A stretch of DNA of 64,000 bases from an uncultured Acidimicrobiia bacterium (GTDB lineage: Bacteria > Actinomycetota > Acidimicrobiia > Spongiisociales > UBA5794). Below, piece by piece: positions 10,434-20,876 of the stretch (position 1 is its first letter; each line of letters begins with the position of its first letter). Both the position numbers and the translations under genes were made by a program. The notes beneath the pieces are model-generated. The model had not been told where the DNA came from and did not search any database. It saw only the letters and a program-made list of their open reading frames with translations. Location: positions 194,240-258,239 of the forward strand of contig CAWEUW010000009.1 of the NCBI GenBank assembly GCA_963812375.1. The letters run 5' to 3'.

Positions 10434-11785
10434 TCAGGTCTTGGGCAGGGCCGGCCGCGGGTAGTTGCCTGCGGCGTTCCACACGATCCAGCCGAAGCCG
10501 CGGGCCTCGGCCTCGGCGATGGCGGCGGCGATCTCCCGGGGACTCCAGTAGAAGCCCTGCAGCCAGGGTCGGATCAGGGTGCCGGGGGCGACCCTGGCGG
10601 CGGCGTCGTCGAGCGCGTCGGCGGTTACCTCGGCGGGATGCTCGTTGGGGTTCTCGAAGCCGAGCCATCCGGGGGAGTAGTGGCTGGGGTACACCATCGG
10701 GCTGAGGGCGTCGACGGCGGTGGAGAGCTCCTCGGGCCGCTGCCCGATGCCCTCGTCGCCGGCGGACGACATCACGATGCCGAACACCGCCGCCGAGACG
10801 GCGCATCCGATCGGGTGGAGGCGGCTCCTGGCCTGGTCGAGGAAGCCGCGGATCGCCTCGACCCTCAGGTCGGCGGTGAGCGGCTGTGCCTCCTCGGCGG
10901 CGGTCGCCGTCTCGCCCGCCGGGAAGCGGACGTAGTCGAACTGGACCTCGTCGAACCCGAGGCGGCACGCCTCGACCGCCAGGCGGATGGGGTACGTCCA
11001 GTTGTCCCGGTCCCGGGGGTTGACCCAGAACCCGGCCAGGTGGGCGCCGGCATCATCGGACCACACCTGGTCCTCGAAGGTGACCACCCGGGTGATGGCG
11101 TAGAGCCCGGCGTCGTGCGCCCAGCGGACCGCCCGGACCGGGTCGTACGTCTCGTCGACGGCGCCCAGCGCCGTCGCCCGCGGCACCTCGGTGGCGTAGC
11201 GAACCCGTCCGGTCTCGTCCTTGGTGTCGAAGACGAGGGCGTTGACCGTCGTTCCGCGGATGACGTCGAGCAACGCCTCGAACTGCTCGCGGTCTCCGGC
11301 CACCTCGGGGATCGCCCGCACCCCGCGAACCACCCGGGGCTCGAGCTCGATGTCCAGGTGCGAGCGCCTGCCGCGCCAGCTCACCTCGAGGGGCATCCAG
11401 CCGGGGCGGGCCACCGCCAGCGGCCCGACCGGCACCTGCTCGAGGCTGAACGAGCCCTTCCCATTGGTGACCGCGGTGGCGTCACCGGTGGCGGTCACCA
11501 CCGCCGCCCGGAGGGGCGTCCCGTCGGCGGCGGTGACCGTGCCGGTGACGTCGAGCAGGGGGATCGTGGTGGTGGTGGTGGTGGTGGTCGTCGACGTGGT
11601 GGTGATCGGCGGCAGCGTCGTCAACGGCGGAGGGTCGGTCTGGTGGTGGTGGTGCTCGTTGGGGCGGCGGTGGTCGGCGCCCCGGTGGACGCGGCAGGAG
11701 CGGCGGTCTCGCCGCCGGCCACGGTGCAGCCGGTGAGAGTGAGACCGAGGGCGACGGGGGCGAGGATGGCAGGGAGCCGGCCCAT
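10434..11785 (-). CDS. putative glycoside hydrolase lipoprotein (TIM-barrel GHL/DUF4015-like), 1 frameshift in Thr-rich linker
   Basis: ORF 10434..11834 has a natural C-terminal 380 aa (VRGVRAIPEVAGDREQFEALLDVIRGTTVNALVFDTKDETG...). The true start is probably ATG at 11785, giving MGRLPAILAPVALGLTLTGC (lipobox) in another frame. That frame joins within the ACC-repeat linker near 11640. Confidence 0.7.
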
Positions 11786-11896
11786 GGAGCCAGGGTACCG
11801 ACGCCGCCCGGTTGTGCCGGGGATGCCGGGTCACGGCCCGCGATGGGGTAGGGGCCCCATCTGCGGGAGGAGGCGAGCGTCAGCTCGCCGGGTATG

Positions 11897-12865
11897 TCAC
11901 AGCCAGCCGCTGCGGCGGAAGCTGCGGTGCAGGAGGAGCGCCACCCCCACCATCAACACCAGGACGGCGAAGAAGCCCCACCACTGGTCCAGCCCAGGGA
12001 TGTGGACGAAGTTCATCCCGAAGATCCCGGTGACCAGGGTCGGGACCACGCCGATCGCCAGCCACGCCGAGATCTTGCGCATGTCCTCGTTCTGTCGGAC
12101 GCCGATCTGGGTGAGGTTGGCATCGAGGATCGAGGTGAGCAGGTCCCGGTCCTGGTCGGCCGCCGACAGGACGCGCACCGAGTGGTCGTACACGTCTCGG
12201 AAGTAGGCCGCCGATCCGGGGTGCACCTGACGGATCTCCCCCCTGGAGAGGCGCAACAGCGGGTCGAGGAGGGAGCCGACGGCGGTCTTGAACTCCAGGA
12301 CCTCGCGCTTGAGGAAGTAGATCCGCTCGGTGGGGTTGGTCGACTCGGCCGAGAAGACGTCCCGCTCGACCTCCCCGATGTCGTTGTCCAATCCCGCCAC
12401 CACCGGGGCGTAGTCGTCGACGACGCGGTCCATCACCGCGTGGAGCACGGCGGTGGGACCGTACTCGAGCCTGTCCGGAGTCTCCTCCAGCGCCCGGCGC
12501 ACCGAGCCCAGCTCGCTCGCCTTGCCGTGGCGGACGATGACGACGTAATTCCGGCCGACCAGCATGATGATCTCGCCGAACTCGATCTCCTCGGTGTCAT
12601 CGAGGTAGCGGGCCGTCTTCAGCACGACGAGCAGCGAGCCCTCGTACACCTCGAGCTTGGGACGCTGGTGTGCGGCCACGGCGTCCTCGGCGGCCAATTC
12701 GTGCAACCCGAACTCGATCCGGACCTCGTCGAACTCCTCGCGGGTCGGTTCGTAGAGGCCCAGCCAGACGAATGCGTCGTCTTCGACGTGGTCGAGAGCG
12801 CCGTCGATCGACAGCGTCTCGGTGATCCGCTTGCCCTTCTGGTAGACCGCACAGTCGATGATCAC
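11897..12865 (-). CDS. corA: CorA-family Mg2+/Co2+ transporter (paralogue 1)
   Basis: Has the GMN motif (TGIFGMNFVHIP), two C-terminal TM segments and the conserved HELAAEDAVAAHQRPKLE. The likely start is GTG at 12865 (VIIDCAVYQKG). The upstream part of ORF 11897..13006 looks non-coding. Confidence 0.9.
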   Translation of the reverse strand: MIIDCAVYQKGKRITETLSIDGALDHVEDDAFVWLGLYEPTREEFDEVRIEFGLHELAAEDAVAAHQRPKLEVYEGSLLVVLKTARYLDDTEEIEFGEIIMLVGRNYVVIVRHGKASELGSVRRALEETPDRLEYGPTAVLHAVMDRVVDDYAPVVAGLDNDIGEVERDVFSAESTNPTERIYFLKREVLEFKTAVGSLLDPLLRLSRGEIRQVHPGSAAYFRDVYDHSVRVLSAADQDRDLLTSILDANLTQIGVRQNEDMRKISAWLAIGVVPTLVTGIFGMNFVHIPGLDQWWGFFAVLVLMVGVALLLHRSFRRSGWL

Positions 12866-13032
12866 CCGGTCATGATGCCACCTTCGCCTAGGCGGCATTC
12901 GAGACGACGGGGCTGAGCGGGACCCGCCGGGGGCGGCAGGGGGGCGATGGTACGATGCGGCCCGCTCGAACGGGGTCGGTGGCGCCAACCCCACGCCGGT
13001 GTCCAAGGCGTGATCCGCGTGAAAGGACCGTC

Positions 13033-14016
13033 ATGGCCGAGGCTCTGACCCGGGTGTACCGCAAGGGCGTCCTCGACGGCACCGGCTTCCCGGTAGCCGA
13101 CGTCTCCGACCTCCTCGCCGAGGACGACACGGTGGTGTGGGTCGACCTCTGCGGGCCATCCAAGGAGCAGCTCCACGAGCTCGCCGGCGAGTTGGGGCTG
13201 CACGAGCTGGCGGTCGAGGACGCCCTCGGTGCCCATCAACGGCCGAAGCTGGACCGGTACGCCAGCCATCTGTTCGTGTCCACCCAGGCGGTTCGTCTCG
13301 ACGTCGACGGCGGCGCGACTCGACGAGACCGAGGTCGACGCCTTCATCAGCGACCGCTGGCTGATCACCGTCCGCAAGGACGACCGTTTCCCCATCGAGC
13401 CGGTCCTCGAGCGCTGGGACCGCTCCCCGGACCTCGCCGCTCACGGGGTCGGCTTCCTGCTCTACGGGCTGCTCGACGTCGTCGTCGACGGCTACTTCGA
13501 CGCCATCCAGGCGTTCGACGAGTACTACGAGGAGGTCAGCGACGCCATGTTCGCGGAGCAGCCCCTCGAGCCCTCCCAGCAGCGCCACTGGTTCGACATG
13601 CGCCGGGCGATGGTCCGCTTCCATCGTCTCGTCGTGCCCATCCGCGAGGCGGTCAGCAGCCTCATGCGCCGCGAACATCCCGTCGTCGACGGAAGAGCTG
13701 TACCCCTACTTCCAGGACGTCTACGACCACATCCTGCGGGTCACGCGAGTCCTCCGACTCGCTCCGCGACCTGGTGGGCACCATCGTCGAGACCAACCTC
13801 AGCCTGCGCGACTACCGCCAGAACCTCATCGTCAAGAAGGTCTCCAGCTGGGCCGCCATCATCGCCGTGCCCGCCCTCGTCACCGGCTACTACGGGATGA
13901 ACGTCCCCTATCCCAGGGTCGGGAAGCACCTGGGGTGTCGTCGCCTCGACGATGCTGATGGTGGTGCGTCGAGCCTCGTCCTCTACCGGGTCTTCCGCCG
14001 CCGCGACTGGCTCTGA
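13033..14016 (+). pseudogene. corA: CorA-family transporter (paralogue 2), frame-disrupted (at least 4 shifts)
   Basis: MAEALTRVYRKGVLDG...HELAVEDALGAHQRPKLDRY lies in the frame of 12955..14016. The middle part is in frame 13229..13900 (DAFISDRWLITVRKDD...FHRLVVPIREAV). The end returns to the first frame with VTGYYGMNVPYP (GMN motif). Confidence 0.75.
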
Positions 14017-14125
14017 CCGGGGTACACCATGACCGAACGTCGCCGACCCACCATGCGCTCCCTGGTCCGTAGCCGCCGGGGCGCGGTCGCCGGCCGACGG
14101 CGACACCACCGAGGGCTCGGAGGCG

Positions 14126-15178
14126 ATGGCCGACGGCAAGGAGCGCCGGGAACGTGCATCGCGGATCGTCGACAGCGCGGTGTACGTCGACGGCATCCGG
14201 GTCGCCTCACCCGGGTCACTCGCCGAGACCTACGCCGCCCTCGCCGAGCAGCCGGACGGCATGGCATGGATCGGGCTGTATCGCCCGGAGCAGCACGAAG
14301 TGGCCTCGCTGGCATCCGAGTTCAAGATCCACGAGCTCGCCGTCGAGGACGCCATCGTCGCCCACCAACGTCCCAAGCTGGAACGCTACGGCGACATCCT
14401 GCTGGTGGTGCTTCGCCCGGCTCGTTACCTCGACGACATCGAGGAGGTCGAGTTCGGCGAGGTCCACGTCTTCGTCGGCCCCGACTTCGTGCTCACCGTT
14501 CGCCACAGCGAGGCACCCGACCTCGGTGCGGTCCGGCGGCGACTGGAGAGCCAACCCGAACTCCTGCGACGTGGCCCCGAGGCGGTCCTCTACGCCATCC
14601 TCGACCGGGTGGTCGACGGGTACTACCCGGTGGTCGCCGGTGTCGGCAACGACATCGACGAGATCGAGATCGAGGTGTTCAGCGGCGACCCCAAGGTGTC
14701 CCGGCGGATCTACGAGCTGCTCAGAGAGGTCACCGAGTTCCAGCGCGCCACCGGGCCCCTCATCGAGGTGATGACGGCGTTGGGAGCGGGCTTCGCCAAG
14801 TACGCCATCGACGAGGAGCTCCAGAGGTACCTGCGTGACGTCGAGGATCACATCACCCAGGTCTGTGAGCGGGTCGAGGAGTTCCGTCAGCTGCTCCGCG
14901 ACATGCTCACCGTCAACGCCACCCTCGTCGCCCAGCAGCAGAACGAGGAGATGAAGAACCTGGCCACGGCCAGCAACGCGCAGAACGAGGAGGTCAAGAA
15001 GATCTCCGCCTGGGCGGCCATCCTCTTCGCCCCCACGCTGATCGGCACGATCTACGGCATGAACTTCGAGCACATGCCCGAGCTCGGTTGGGCCTACGGG
15101 TACCTGTTCGCCCTGTTCCTCATGGCGGTGACCTGCGTCGGGCTCTACGTGGTCTTCAAACGCCGCGACTGGCTGTGA
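14126..15178 (+). CDS. corA: CorA-family Mg2+/Co2+ transporter (paralogue 3)
   Basis: Intact 350-aa ORF with HELAVEDAIVAHQRPKLE, YGMNFEHMP (GMN motif) and 2 C-terminal TM segments. Confidence 0.9.
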   Translation: MADGKERRERASRIVDSAVYVDGIRVASPGSLAETYAALAEQPDGMAWIGLYRPEQHEVASLASEFKIHELAVEDAIVAHQRPKLERYGDILLVVLRPARYLDDIEEVEFGEVHVFVGPDFVLTVRHSEAPDLGAVRRRLESQPELLRRGPEAVLYAILDRVVDGYYPVVAGVGNDIDEIEIEVFSGDPKVSRRIYELLREVTEFQRATGPLIEVMTALGAGFAKYAIDEELQRYLRDVEDHITQVCERVEEFRQLLRDMLTVNATLVAQQQNEEMKNLATASNAQNEEVKKISAWAAILFAPTLIGTIYGMNFEHMPELGWAYGYLFALFLMAVTCVGLYVVFKRRDWL

Positions 15179-15219
15179 CGAGCGTCTCGGTCAGGTCCGC
15201 CGTCAGGGCGCGACGTGAC

Positions 15220-15262
15220 CGAACCTGAGGTTCTCACCTATCGGAGCGATAGGTGATTGCCC
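15220..15262 (+). promoter_or_regulatory. composite palindromic operator-like element (copy 1 of 2)
   Basis: cGAACCTGAGGTTC + TCACCTATCG-gag-CGATAGGTGA + TTGCC lies 56 nt upstream of the DUF5996 start. It is near-identical, in reverse orientation, to 35647-35690 upstream of ferritin. Confidence 0.4.
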
Positions 15263-15317
15263 GATGTTGGACGTGAACTCGGCCCGCGCCGCGGGCCCCC
15301 GTGATTACGGTGGCGCG

Positions 15318-16122
15318 ATGATCCTCCCCCCGCTCCCCGAACCCGCTGACGCCAACCCTCGACGCCTTGCACGGATTCGCCAAGGTGCTCGGCGCCGTCG
15401 TCCGGGAGCACGCCCCGCCGCGGCCGCACTGGTGGCACCTCGGCCTGGTGGTCCGGCCCGACGGTCTCGCCACCGTCCCCGTGCCGTTGCCGGGCGGGGG
15501 CGCCATGGCGGTCCGGCTCGACCCGGCCGCCGCTCGAGTCGACGCACGATCCAGTCGAGGCGATGCGTTGTCGGTGGACCTGCGGGGCGCCGCCCCGGTC
15601 GACCTCGCCGCCGAGCTGGCGCGGTTCGACGAAGAGTGCGGCCTGGGGCCCGAGCTCGACCGCTCCCGCATCCCAGAGGGGGCCGTCGACCCGGATTGGG
15701 ACGTGGCCGCCGCCTACATGAGTGTGCTGGTCGACGTGGCCGAGGCGTTGGAGCGCCGCCGATCGGTCCTGGGCGCCGCCGCCGGGCCGCTGGTGGTGTG
15801 GCCCCACGGCTTCGACCTCGCCTTCGAGTGGTTCGGGACCAGGCAGGTGCCTGGCGACGACGGCGAGCCGGCACCGGCCCAGCTCAACCTGGGGTTCTCC
15901 CCGATAGGACGACGGGTACTTCTACTCGAACCCATGGCCCTTCGAGCCGCGTTGACCGGCGAGCCGCTGCCCGCAGGCGCCTCGTGGCACCTGGACGACT
16001 GGCAGGGGACCATCCTCCCCTACGCAGAGGTGGCCGGCAGTGACGACGGGGTGGAGCGATTGCTCACCTACGCCGAGGCGGTCCATCGCATCGCCCGGCC
16101 GACACTGGACACCGAGGAGTAG
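15318..16122 (+). CDS. DUF5996-like protein (frame-disrupted at both ends of a short internal segment and near the start)
   Basis: ORF 15367..16122. The natural start MILPPLPEPADA at 15318 is in another frame. DDGYFYSNPWPFEP is encoded out of frame around 15905-15950. Family recognition is from memory of PHWWH / YFYSNPWP motifs. Confidence 0.65.
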
Positions 16123-16128
16123 GCGCCC

Positions 16129-18044
16129 GTGCCCGATCGGCACCTGGAGGCGTTGCTGTCGGCCCGCCTGTTCCTGGAGCCGCAACTGGTCGACGGCCGC
16201 CTGTTCTTCCTCTCGAACCTCGGCGGGCATCTGTCGCTGTACGCCATGGATGCTGCCGGTTCCGTTCCCGAGCAGCTGCTTCCGCCCACCATCGCCATGC
16301 AGAACCCCGACCTGGTCGACGGCGAGTCCTTCGTGGTCATGCCCGGGCTCGACCGGATCCTGGTGGCGCTCGACCGTGACGGGGACGAGCGCTACCGGCC
16401 TTACCTGATCCCGATTTCGGGAGGCTTCCCGGAGCCGCTCGCCCCGGACACGTTCGCCGGCATGCGCAGCGTCCCATCGCCGGGGTCAACCAGGTCACCG
16501 GGGTCGGCTACCTGGTGGCGGAGTCGCTCGACGAGTCCCGGGGGACCGTGCACCGGGTCGATGTCTCCTCGGGGACCGGCGAGGTGGTCGGCGACAGCGC
16601 CTGGGTCCCCGAGCCGGTCGCCTGGACATCCGACGACAGCCGGCTCTTCGCCCTGGAGCCCTACAGCCTGGGCGACACCGTGCTCGTCGAGCTCGGCGGC
16701 GAGAGCCCTCGGGCGTTGTGGGGAACCCGCCTCGACGAGCGGCGCCCCGATGAGGATCATCCCGCTGTCCGGATTCGCCGACGCGGCGTTGAGCCCGAGC
16801 GGTTCGGCGCTGCTGCTCGTCACCGCGCTGTTCGACGACGCCTACTCGGTGGGCTACCTCCCGCTCGATGCGCCCGGCGACGTGGAGGACGTGGAGGTCG
16901 ACGGGGCGGTGCACACCGGTCATGGCGAGCTGGACCTGTTGAAACGGCTCGGCGAGGGTGACCGCTACCTCGTCGGATACAACATCGACGGCTGCTCGTG
17001 GGTGTACCACGGTACGTTTCGACGAGGAGCGTCGCCGGGTCACCCTCGACCGCGTCCTGTGCGGCGCCGGGGCCCTCGCCAACGGGGAGCTCCACGGGAT
17101 CCACTACGACGCGGCGTCGGCGGGTTCGCCGCGTCGTACTGCACGGCGACCGATCCGACGCAGCTGTACCTGATCGATGCGGATCCGGCCATCGCCCCGC
17201 GCCGGGTCACCAACGAGCGGCCCCTCGGCCTCGACCCCGACCTGCTCTCGCCCGGCGTCGACGCCTCGTTCGTGTCGCACGACGGGCTGCGGGTCTCCGC
17301 TCGGCTGTACCTGCCCAGCGAGCGACTGGGCCACACCGGGCCCCGTCCCGTCGTCCTGTACATCCACGGCGGCCCGCAGAGCCAGGAACGGCCCAACTTC
17401 GCCTGGTTCTCGATGCCGTTGATCCAGTACCTCACGCTGCGCGGCTTCGCCGTGTTCGTCCCCAACGCCCGGGGCTCGACCGGGTACGGCCTGGGATACG
17501 CCAAGCGGGTCGACGGCGACTGGGGCGGGCTCGACCGACTCGACCACGTGTGGGCGATGACCGAGGTCCTGCCCGCCGACGCTCGGGTCGACACCGACCG
17601 GGCGGCGGTGGTGGGTCGGTCGTACGGCGGCTACATGGCGCTCATGCTGGCCGGCCGCCATCCCGAGCTGTGGGCCGCGGCGTGCGACATGTTCGGCCCG
17701 TACGACCTCTTCACGTTCCTGGATCGGATCCCCGAGACGTGGAAGCCATACTTCAGCCTCTCCGTCGGCGACCCGGACCGTGACCGCGATCTGCTGGTCG
17801 ACCGTTCACCGGCCACCCATCTCGACGGGCTCGCCTGCCCGCTGCTGGTGATCCAAGGGGCGCAACGATCCCCGGGTGGTCGAGGCCGAATCCGCCGACC
17901 TGGTGGCCCGGCTGCGTGCCGACGGCAAGGAAGTGGAGTACCTCGCCTTCCCCGACGAGGGCCACGACGTCCTCAAGCTCGCCAACCGGGTGCGGTGCTA
18001 CGCCGCCATCGCCGACTTCTTCACCGAGCGCCTCAAGCCTTGAC
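16129..18044 (+). pseudogene. S9 family serine peptidase (prolyl oligopeptidase / acylaminoacyl-peptidase-like), frame-disrupted (at least 5 shifts)
   Basis: Catalytic region VVLYIHGGPQSQ...VVGRSYGGYMALM...FGPYD. The natural C-terminus [42 protein letters not shown]...FFTERLKP* is in another frame and ends at 18044. Internal natural segments lie in ORFs 16515..16961 and 16958..17173. Confidence 0.75.
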
Positions 18045-18064
18045 GGAGCACCCAGCCGCTCTGG

Positions 18065-18592
18065 TCACTCCTCGACCAGGGTGATCCCGCCCCGCAGGAT
18101 GTCGGCGGCCCGGCCCGAGATCGAGCCGTCGGCGATGTGGACGTAGAGGTTCTCGCCGGGACAGGTGGTGGCGGCGTGGTCGCGGTGGCCGGTGATCTCG
18201 GCGACCGGAACGTCGAACCGCCCGGCGCCGTAGGCGACGATGCGGGCCAGGGTCTCCAGCTGGCCGGCGGTGGGGACGTCCACCTCGAAGAAGCCCTCGA
18301 CCACGACCAGGAGGTGCCCGAAGGGGTCGTAGTCGGTGTCGGTGTCTCCCGCCTTGGTCCACGATCGGCCCTCCCAGAGCGAGCCGTCCCGTCCGACGAT
18401 GTAGTGGTAGGCGAGGTCGGGCCAGCCCAGGCTGAGGTGATGGGCTTGCCAGCCACGGAACTGGGCCGGGCCGACGGTGCCGGTGGCGGTCCCGGCATGA
18501 TGGATGGTGATCCGGCTGATGTCATGGTCGGTCATCCCCGGCTCCGGAGGTAGGGCACCCCACGCCTCGCGCGGCAGCAGGGTCACCGTCAT
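18065..18592 (-). CDS. N-acetylmuramoyl-L-alanine amidase (Amidase_2/PGRP domain)
   Basis: Intact 175-aa ORF with ITIHHAGT...LAYHYIVGRDGSLWEGR...ITGHRDHAATTCPG, typical of the PGRP/Amidase_2 fold. Confidence 0.85.
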   Translation of the reverse strand: MTVTLLPREAWGALPPEPGMTDHDISRITIHHAGTATGTVGPAQFRGWQAHHLSLGWPDLAYHYIVGRDGSLWEGRSWTKAGDTDTDYDPFGHLLVVVEGFFEVDVPTAGQLETLARIVAYGAGRFDVPVAEITGHRDHAATTCPGENLYVHIADGSISGRAADILRGGITLVEE

Positions 18593-18653
18593 CGGGTCGG
18601 TGAGGACCTCGCAGGTCCTCGCCAGGTCGGCCCCGGGAGCGCCGTGGCAGGTG

Positions 18654-19334
18654 TCAGAGGCCCGTTCCGCCGTTCAGGGTGTCGTCGCCGGCGCCCCCGG
18701 ACACGTCGTCGGCCCCGGCACCACCGTTCACCGTGTCCCTGGCGTTCCCGCCACCCAGATCGTCGGCACCGCCGACGCCGCTGAGGAGGTCCGCCCCTGG
18801 CCCGCCACTGAGGGTGTCGTCACCTCCCGCCGCCCACAGGGTGTCGTCGCCCAGGCCGCCGGCGAGGTCGTCGCTGCGGACACCGCCTTTCAGGGCGTCG
18901 TTGCCGGCTCCGCCCTGGAGGACGTCGGGACCTTCGCCGCCGATGACCGTGTCGGCACCGGCCCCGGCGTACAAGGAATCCCTTCGCGGACCGCCGCGTA
19001 GCTCGTCGCTCCCATCACCGCCGTGGAGGGTGTCGGCACCCTTGCCCCCAACCAGCGTGTCACGGCCACGGCCACCGCAGATGACGTCGTTGCCACCCCG
19101 CCCGTCGACAGTGTCCGGGCCCGACCCGGCGGTGATCACGTCGGCGCCCGGGGTGCCGGTGATGACATCGCGGCCGTCGGTGCCGCCGATGGTGGCGATG
19201 CGCCCGTCGCAGGCGCCCGTCGCCGAGGTCACCTGGGCAGAAGGGGGTCGGTGATGAATCGGCGACCCCGATGGGGCGAGGCCGGCCGTACCCAGAACGA
19301 GGACGAGGGCCGGCAGCAGTCGAACGACGCGCAC
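18654..19334 (-). CDS. secreted calcium-binding RTX-repeat protein
   Basis: A signal peptide (MRVVRLLPALVLVLGTAGLA) is followed almost exclusively by GGxGxD nonapeptide repeats (GGRGRDTLVGGKGADTLHGGDGSDELRGG...). Confidence 0.8.
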   Translation of the reverse strand: MRVVRLLPALVLVLGTAGLAPSGSPIHHRPPSAQVTSATGACDGRIATIGGTDGRDVITGTPGADVITAGSGPDTVDGRGGNDVICGGRGRDTLVGGKGADTLHGGDGSDELRGGPRRDSLYAGAGADTVIGGEGPDVLQGGAGNDALKGGVRSDDLAGGLGDDTLWAAGGDDTLSGGPGADLLSGVGGADDLGGGNARDTVNGGAGADDVSGGAGDDTLNGGTGL

Positions 19335-19378
19335 CAGAACCCCTCTCGCTCGGCCGGGCGTCCCAGCCCGGGTGTTCC

Positions 19379-19395
19379 GTCCCCTCAGGGAGGGG
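19379..19395 (-). terminator. short G/C hairpin after the deaminase stop
   Basis: TCCCCTC-agg-GAGGGGA lies 7 nt beyond the stop at 19402. The arm sequence is the same as in the 6666-6689 hairpin. Confidence 0.3.
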
Positions 19396-19401
19396 AGATC
19401 G

Positions 19402-19881
19402 TCACTCCTGGCCGATGTCCTCGTTCCAGAGCTCGGGGTTGGCGGCGATGAACGTCTCCATCATCGCCACGCACCGTGAGTCGTCGACCACGGTGACCTC
19501 GACACCGGCCTCCTCGAGGAGGTGCTGCGGTCCCTGGAACGTCCGGTCCTCGCCGACCACCACCCGCCCGATGCCGTAGAGGAGGGCGGCGCCGGTACAC
19601 ATCGAACAGGGCGACAGAGTGGAGTAGAGGGTCGCCCTCCGGTACGCAGACGCCGGGAGCCGGCCGGCATCCTCCAGGCAGTCCATCTCGGCGTGGAGCA
19701 CGACACTTCCCTGTTGCACCCGGCGGTTGTGGCCCCGGCCGGCGATGCGGCCGTCGACCACCAGCACCGACCCGATCGGGATGCCGCCCTCGGCTCGCCC
19801 GGCCTCCGCCTCGGCCACGGCGGCATCGAGGTATTGGTCGGGAGCGGGCCCGGTCACCACTCGAGGATCACCTTGCCGCAC
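19402..19881 (-). CDS. CMP/dCMP-type zinc deaminase (cytosine/guanine-deaminase-like)
   Basis: HAEMDCLE and PCSMC zinc-binding motifs. The start is uncertain: a GTG at 19857 forms a GTGA overlap with the tdh stop and is as plausible as 19881. Confidence 0.85.
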   Translation of the reverse strand: MRQGDPRVVTGPAPDQYLDAAVAEAEAGRAEGGIPIGSVLVVDGRIAGRGHNRRVQQGSVVLHAEMDCLEDAGRLPASAYRRATLYSTLSPCSMCTGAALLYGIGRVVVGEDRTFQGPQHLLEEAGVEVTVVDDSRCVAMMETFIAANPELWNEDIGQE

Positions 19882-20876
19882 TCACCGCTCCGCACCATGT
19901 CGAACGCCGCCGCGTAGTCCTCGAACGGGTAGTGGTGGGTTATCACCGCGGTCACGTCGAGCCCGGTCTGGAGCATCGCCAGGGTCTTGTACCAGGTCTC
20001 GAACATGCGTCGCCCGTAGATGCCGCGCAACGTCAGGCCCTTGAAGATGATCTCGTTCCAGTCGATCGGGGCGTTTGCGGAGGGGATGCCGAGCAGGGCG
20101 ACCTGGCCGCCGTTGTTCATCGTCGAGATCATGTCGTGGAGCGCCGAGGACACGCCCGACATCTCCATGCCAACGTCGAAGCCCTCCAGCATCCCCAGGT
20201 CGGCCATCACCTCGACCAGGCTGGTGGAGGTGACGTCGACGGCCCGGTCCACCCCGACCGTGGAGGCGATCGCCAGCCGGTACCGGTTGATGTCGGTGAC
20301 CACCACGTAGCGGGCACCCACATGGCGGGCGATCGCCGCCGCCATCACCCCGATGGGCCCGGCGCCGGTGATCAGCACGTCCTCGCCCACCAGGTCGGCG
20401 CTGAGCGCGGTGTGGGTGGCGTTGCCGAGCGGGTCGAGGATGGCGGCGACGTCGTCGGTGACGTCGTCCGGGACCGGTTGCACGTTGTCGCCGGGGACGG
20501 CGACGTACTCGGCGAAGGCGCCCTCCCGGTTGACGCCGATGCCGACGGTGCCGTGGCAGAGGTGGCGTCGCCCCGCCTGGCAGTTGCGGCAGCGCCCGCA
20601 CACGATGTGGCCCTCGGCGGACACCCGTTGCCCGATGTCGAGGCCGGTGACCTCGGACCCGACCGCCGCCACCGCCCCCATGAACTCGTGGCCGATGACC
20701 ATCGGCGTCGGGATGGTGCGCTGCGCCCACTCGTCCCAGGCGACGATGTGGGTGTCGGTGCCGCAGATCGAGGCCTTGCGCACTGCGATCAGCACGTCGT
20801 TCGGCCCGATCTCCGGTTCGGGGACCTCCTCCATCCAGATCCCCGGCTCGGGCTTGGCCTTGACCAGCGCCCGCAT
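19854..20876 (-). CDS. tdh: L-threonine 3-dehydrogenase
   Basis: Intact 340 aa. [14 protein letters not shown], the [15 protein letters not shown] structural-zinc loop and GAGPIG, with Tdh-like sequence end to end. It is coupled to kbl. Confidence 0.95.
   Translation of the reverse strand: MRALVKAKPEPGIWMEEVPEPEIGPNDVLIAVRKASICGTDTHIVAWDEWAQRTIPTPMVIGHEFMGAVAAVGSEVTGLDIGQRVSAEGHIVCGRCRNCQAGRRHLCHGTVGIGVNREGAFAEYVAVPGDNVQPVPDDVTDDVAAILDPLGNATHTALSADLVGEDVLITGAGPIGVMAAAIARHVGARYVVVTDINRYRLAIASTVGVDRAVDVTSTSLVEVMADLGMLEGFDVGMEMSGVSSALHDMISTMNNGGQVALLGIPSANAPIDWNEIIFKGLTLRGIYGRRMFETWYKTLAMLQTGLDVTAVITHHYPFEDYAAAFDMVRSGECGKVILEW

Noticed and set aside
11570-11660. GGT/ACC triplet repeat as a regulatory DNA repeat
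   Set aside because: It simply encodes the poly-Thr linker of the glycoside-hydrolase lipoprotein. Similar Thr/Pro linkers occur at about 8040-8200 and 41280-41420.
10188-12206. 672-aa plus-strand ORF and similar long ORFs (21031..22800 +, 33264..34316 -, 42200..43843 +, 48259..50187 +, 50967..52298 +)
   Set aside because: All lie antisense to well-supported genes (mtrA/GH/corA, kbl, nitrilase, the 997-aa ORF, the ABC exporters). They are stop-poor only because of GC3 bias.
12866-13032. Mg2+ riboswitch (M-box) upstream of the corA genes (also 14017-14125)
   Set aside because: The leaders are too short (about 110-165 nt shared by divergent promoters), and I recognise none of the conserved M-box helices or loops.
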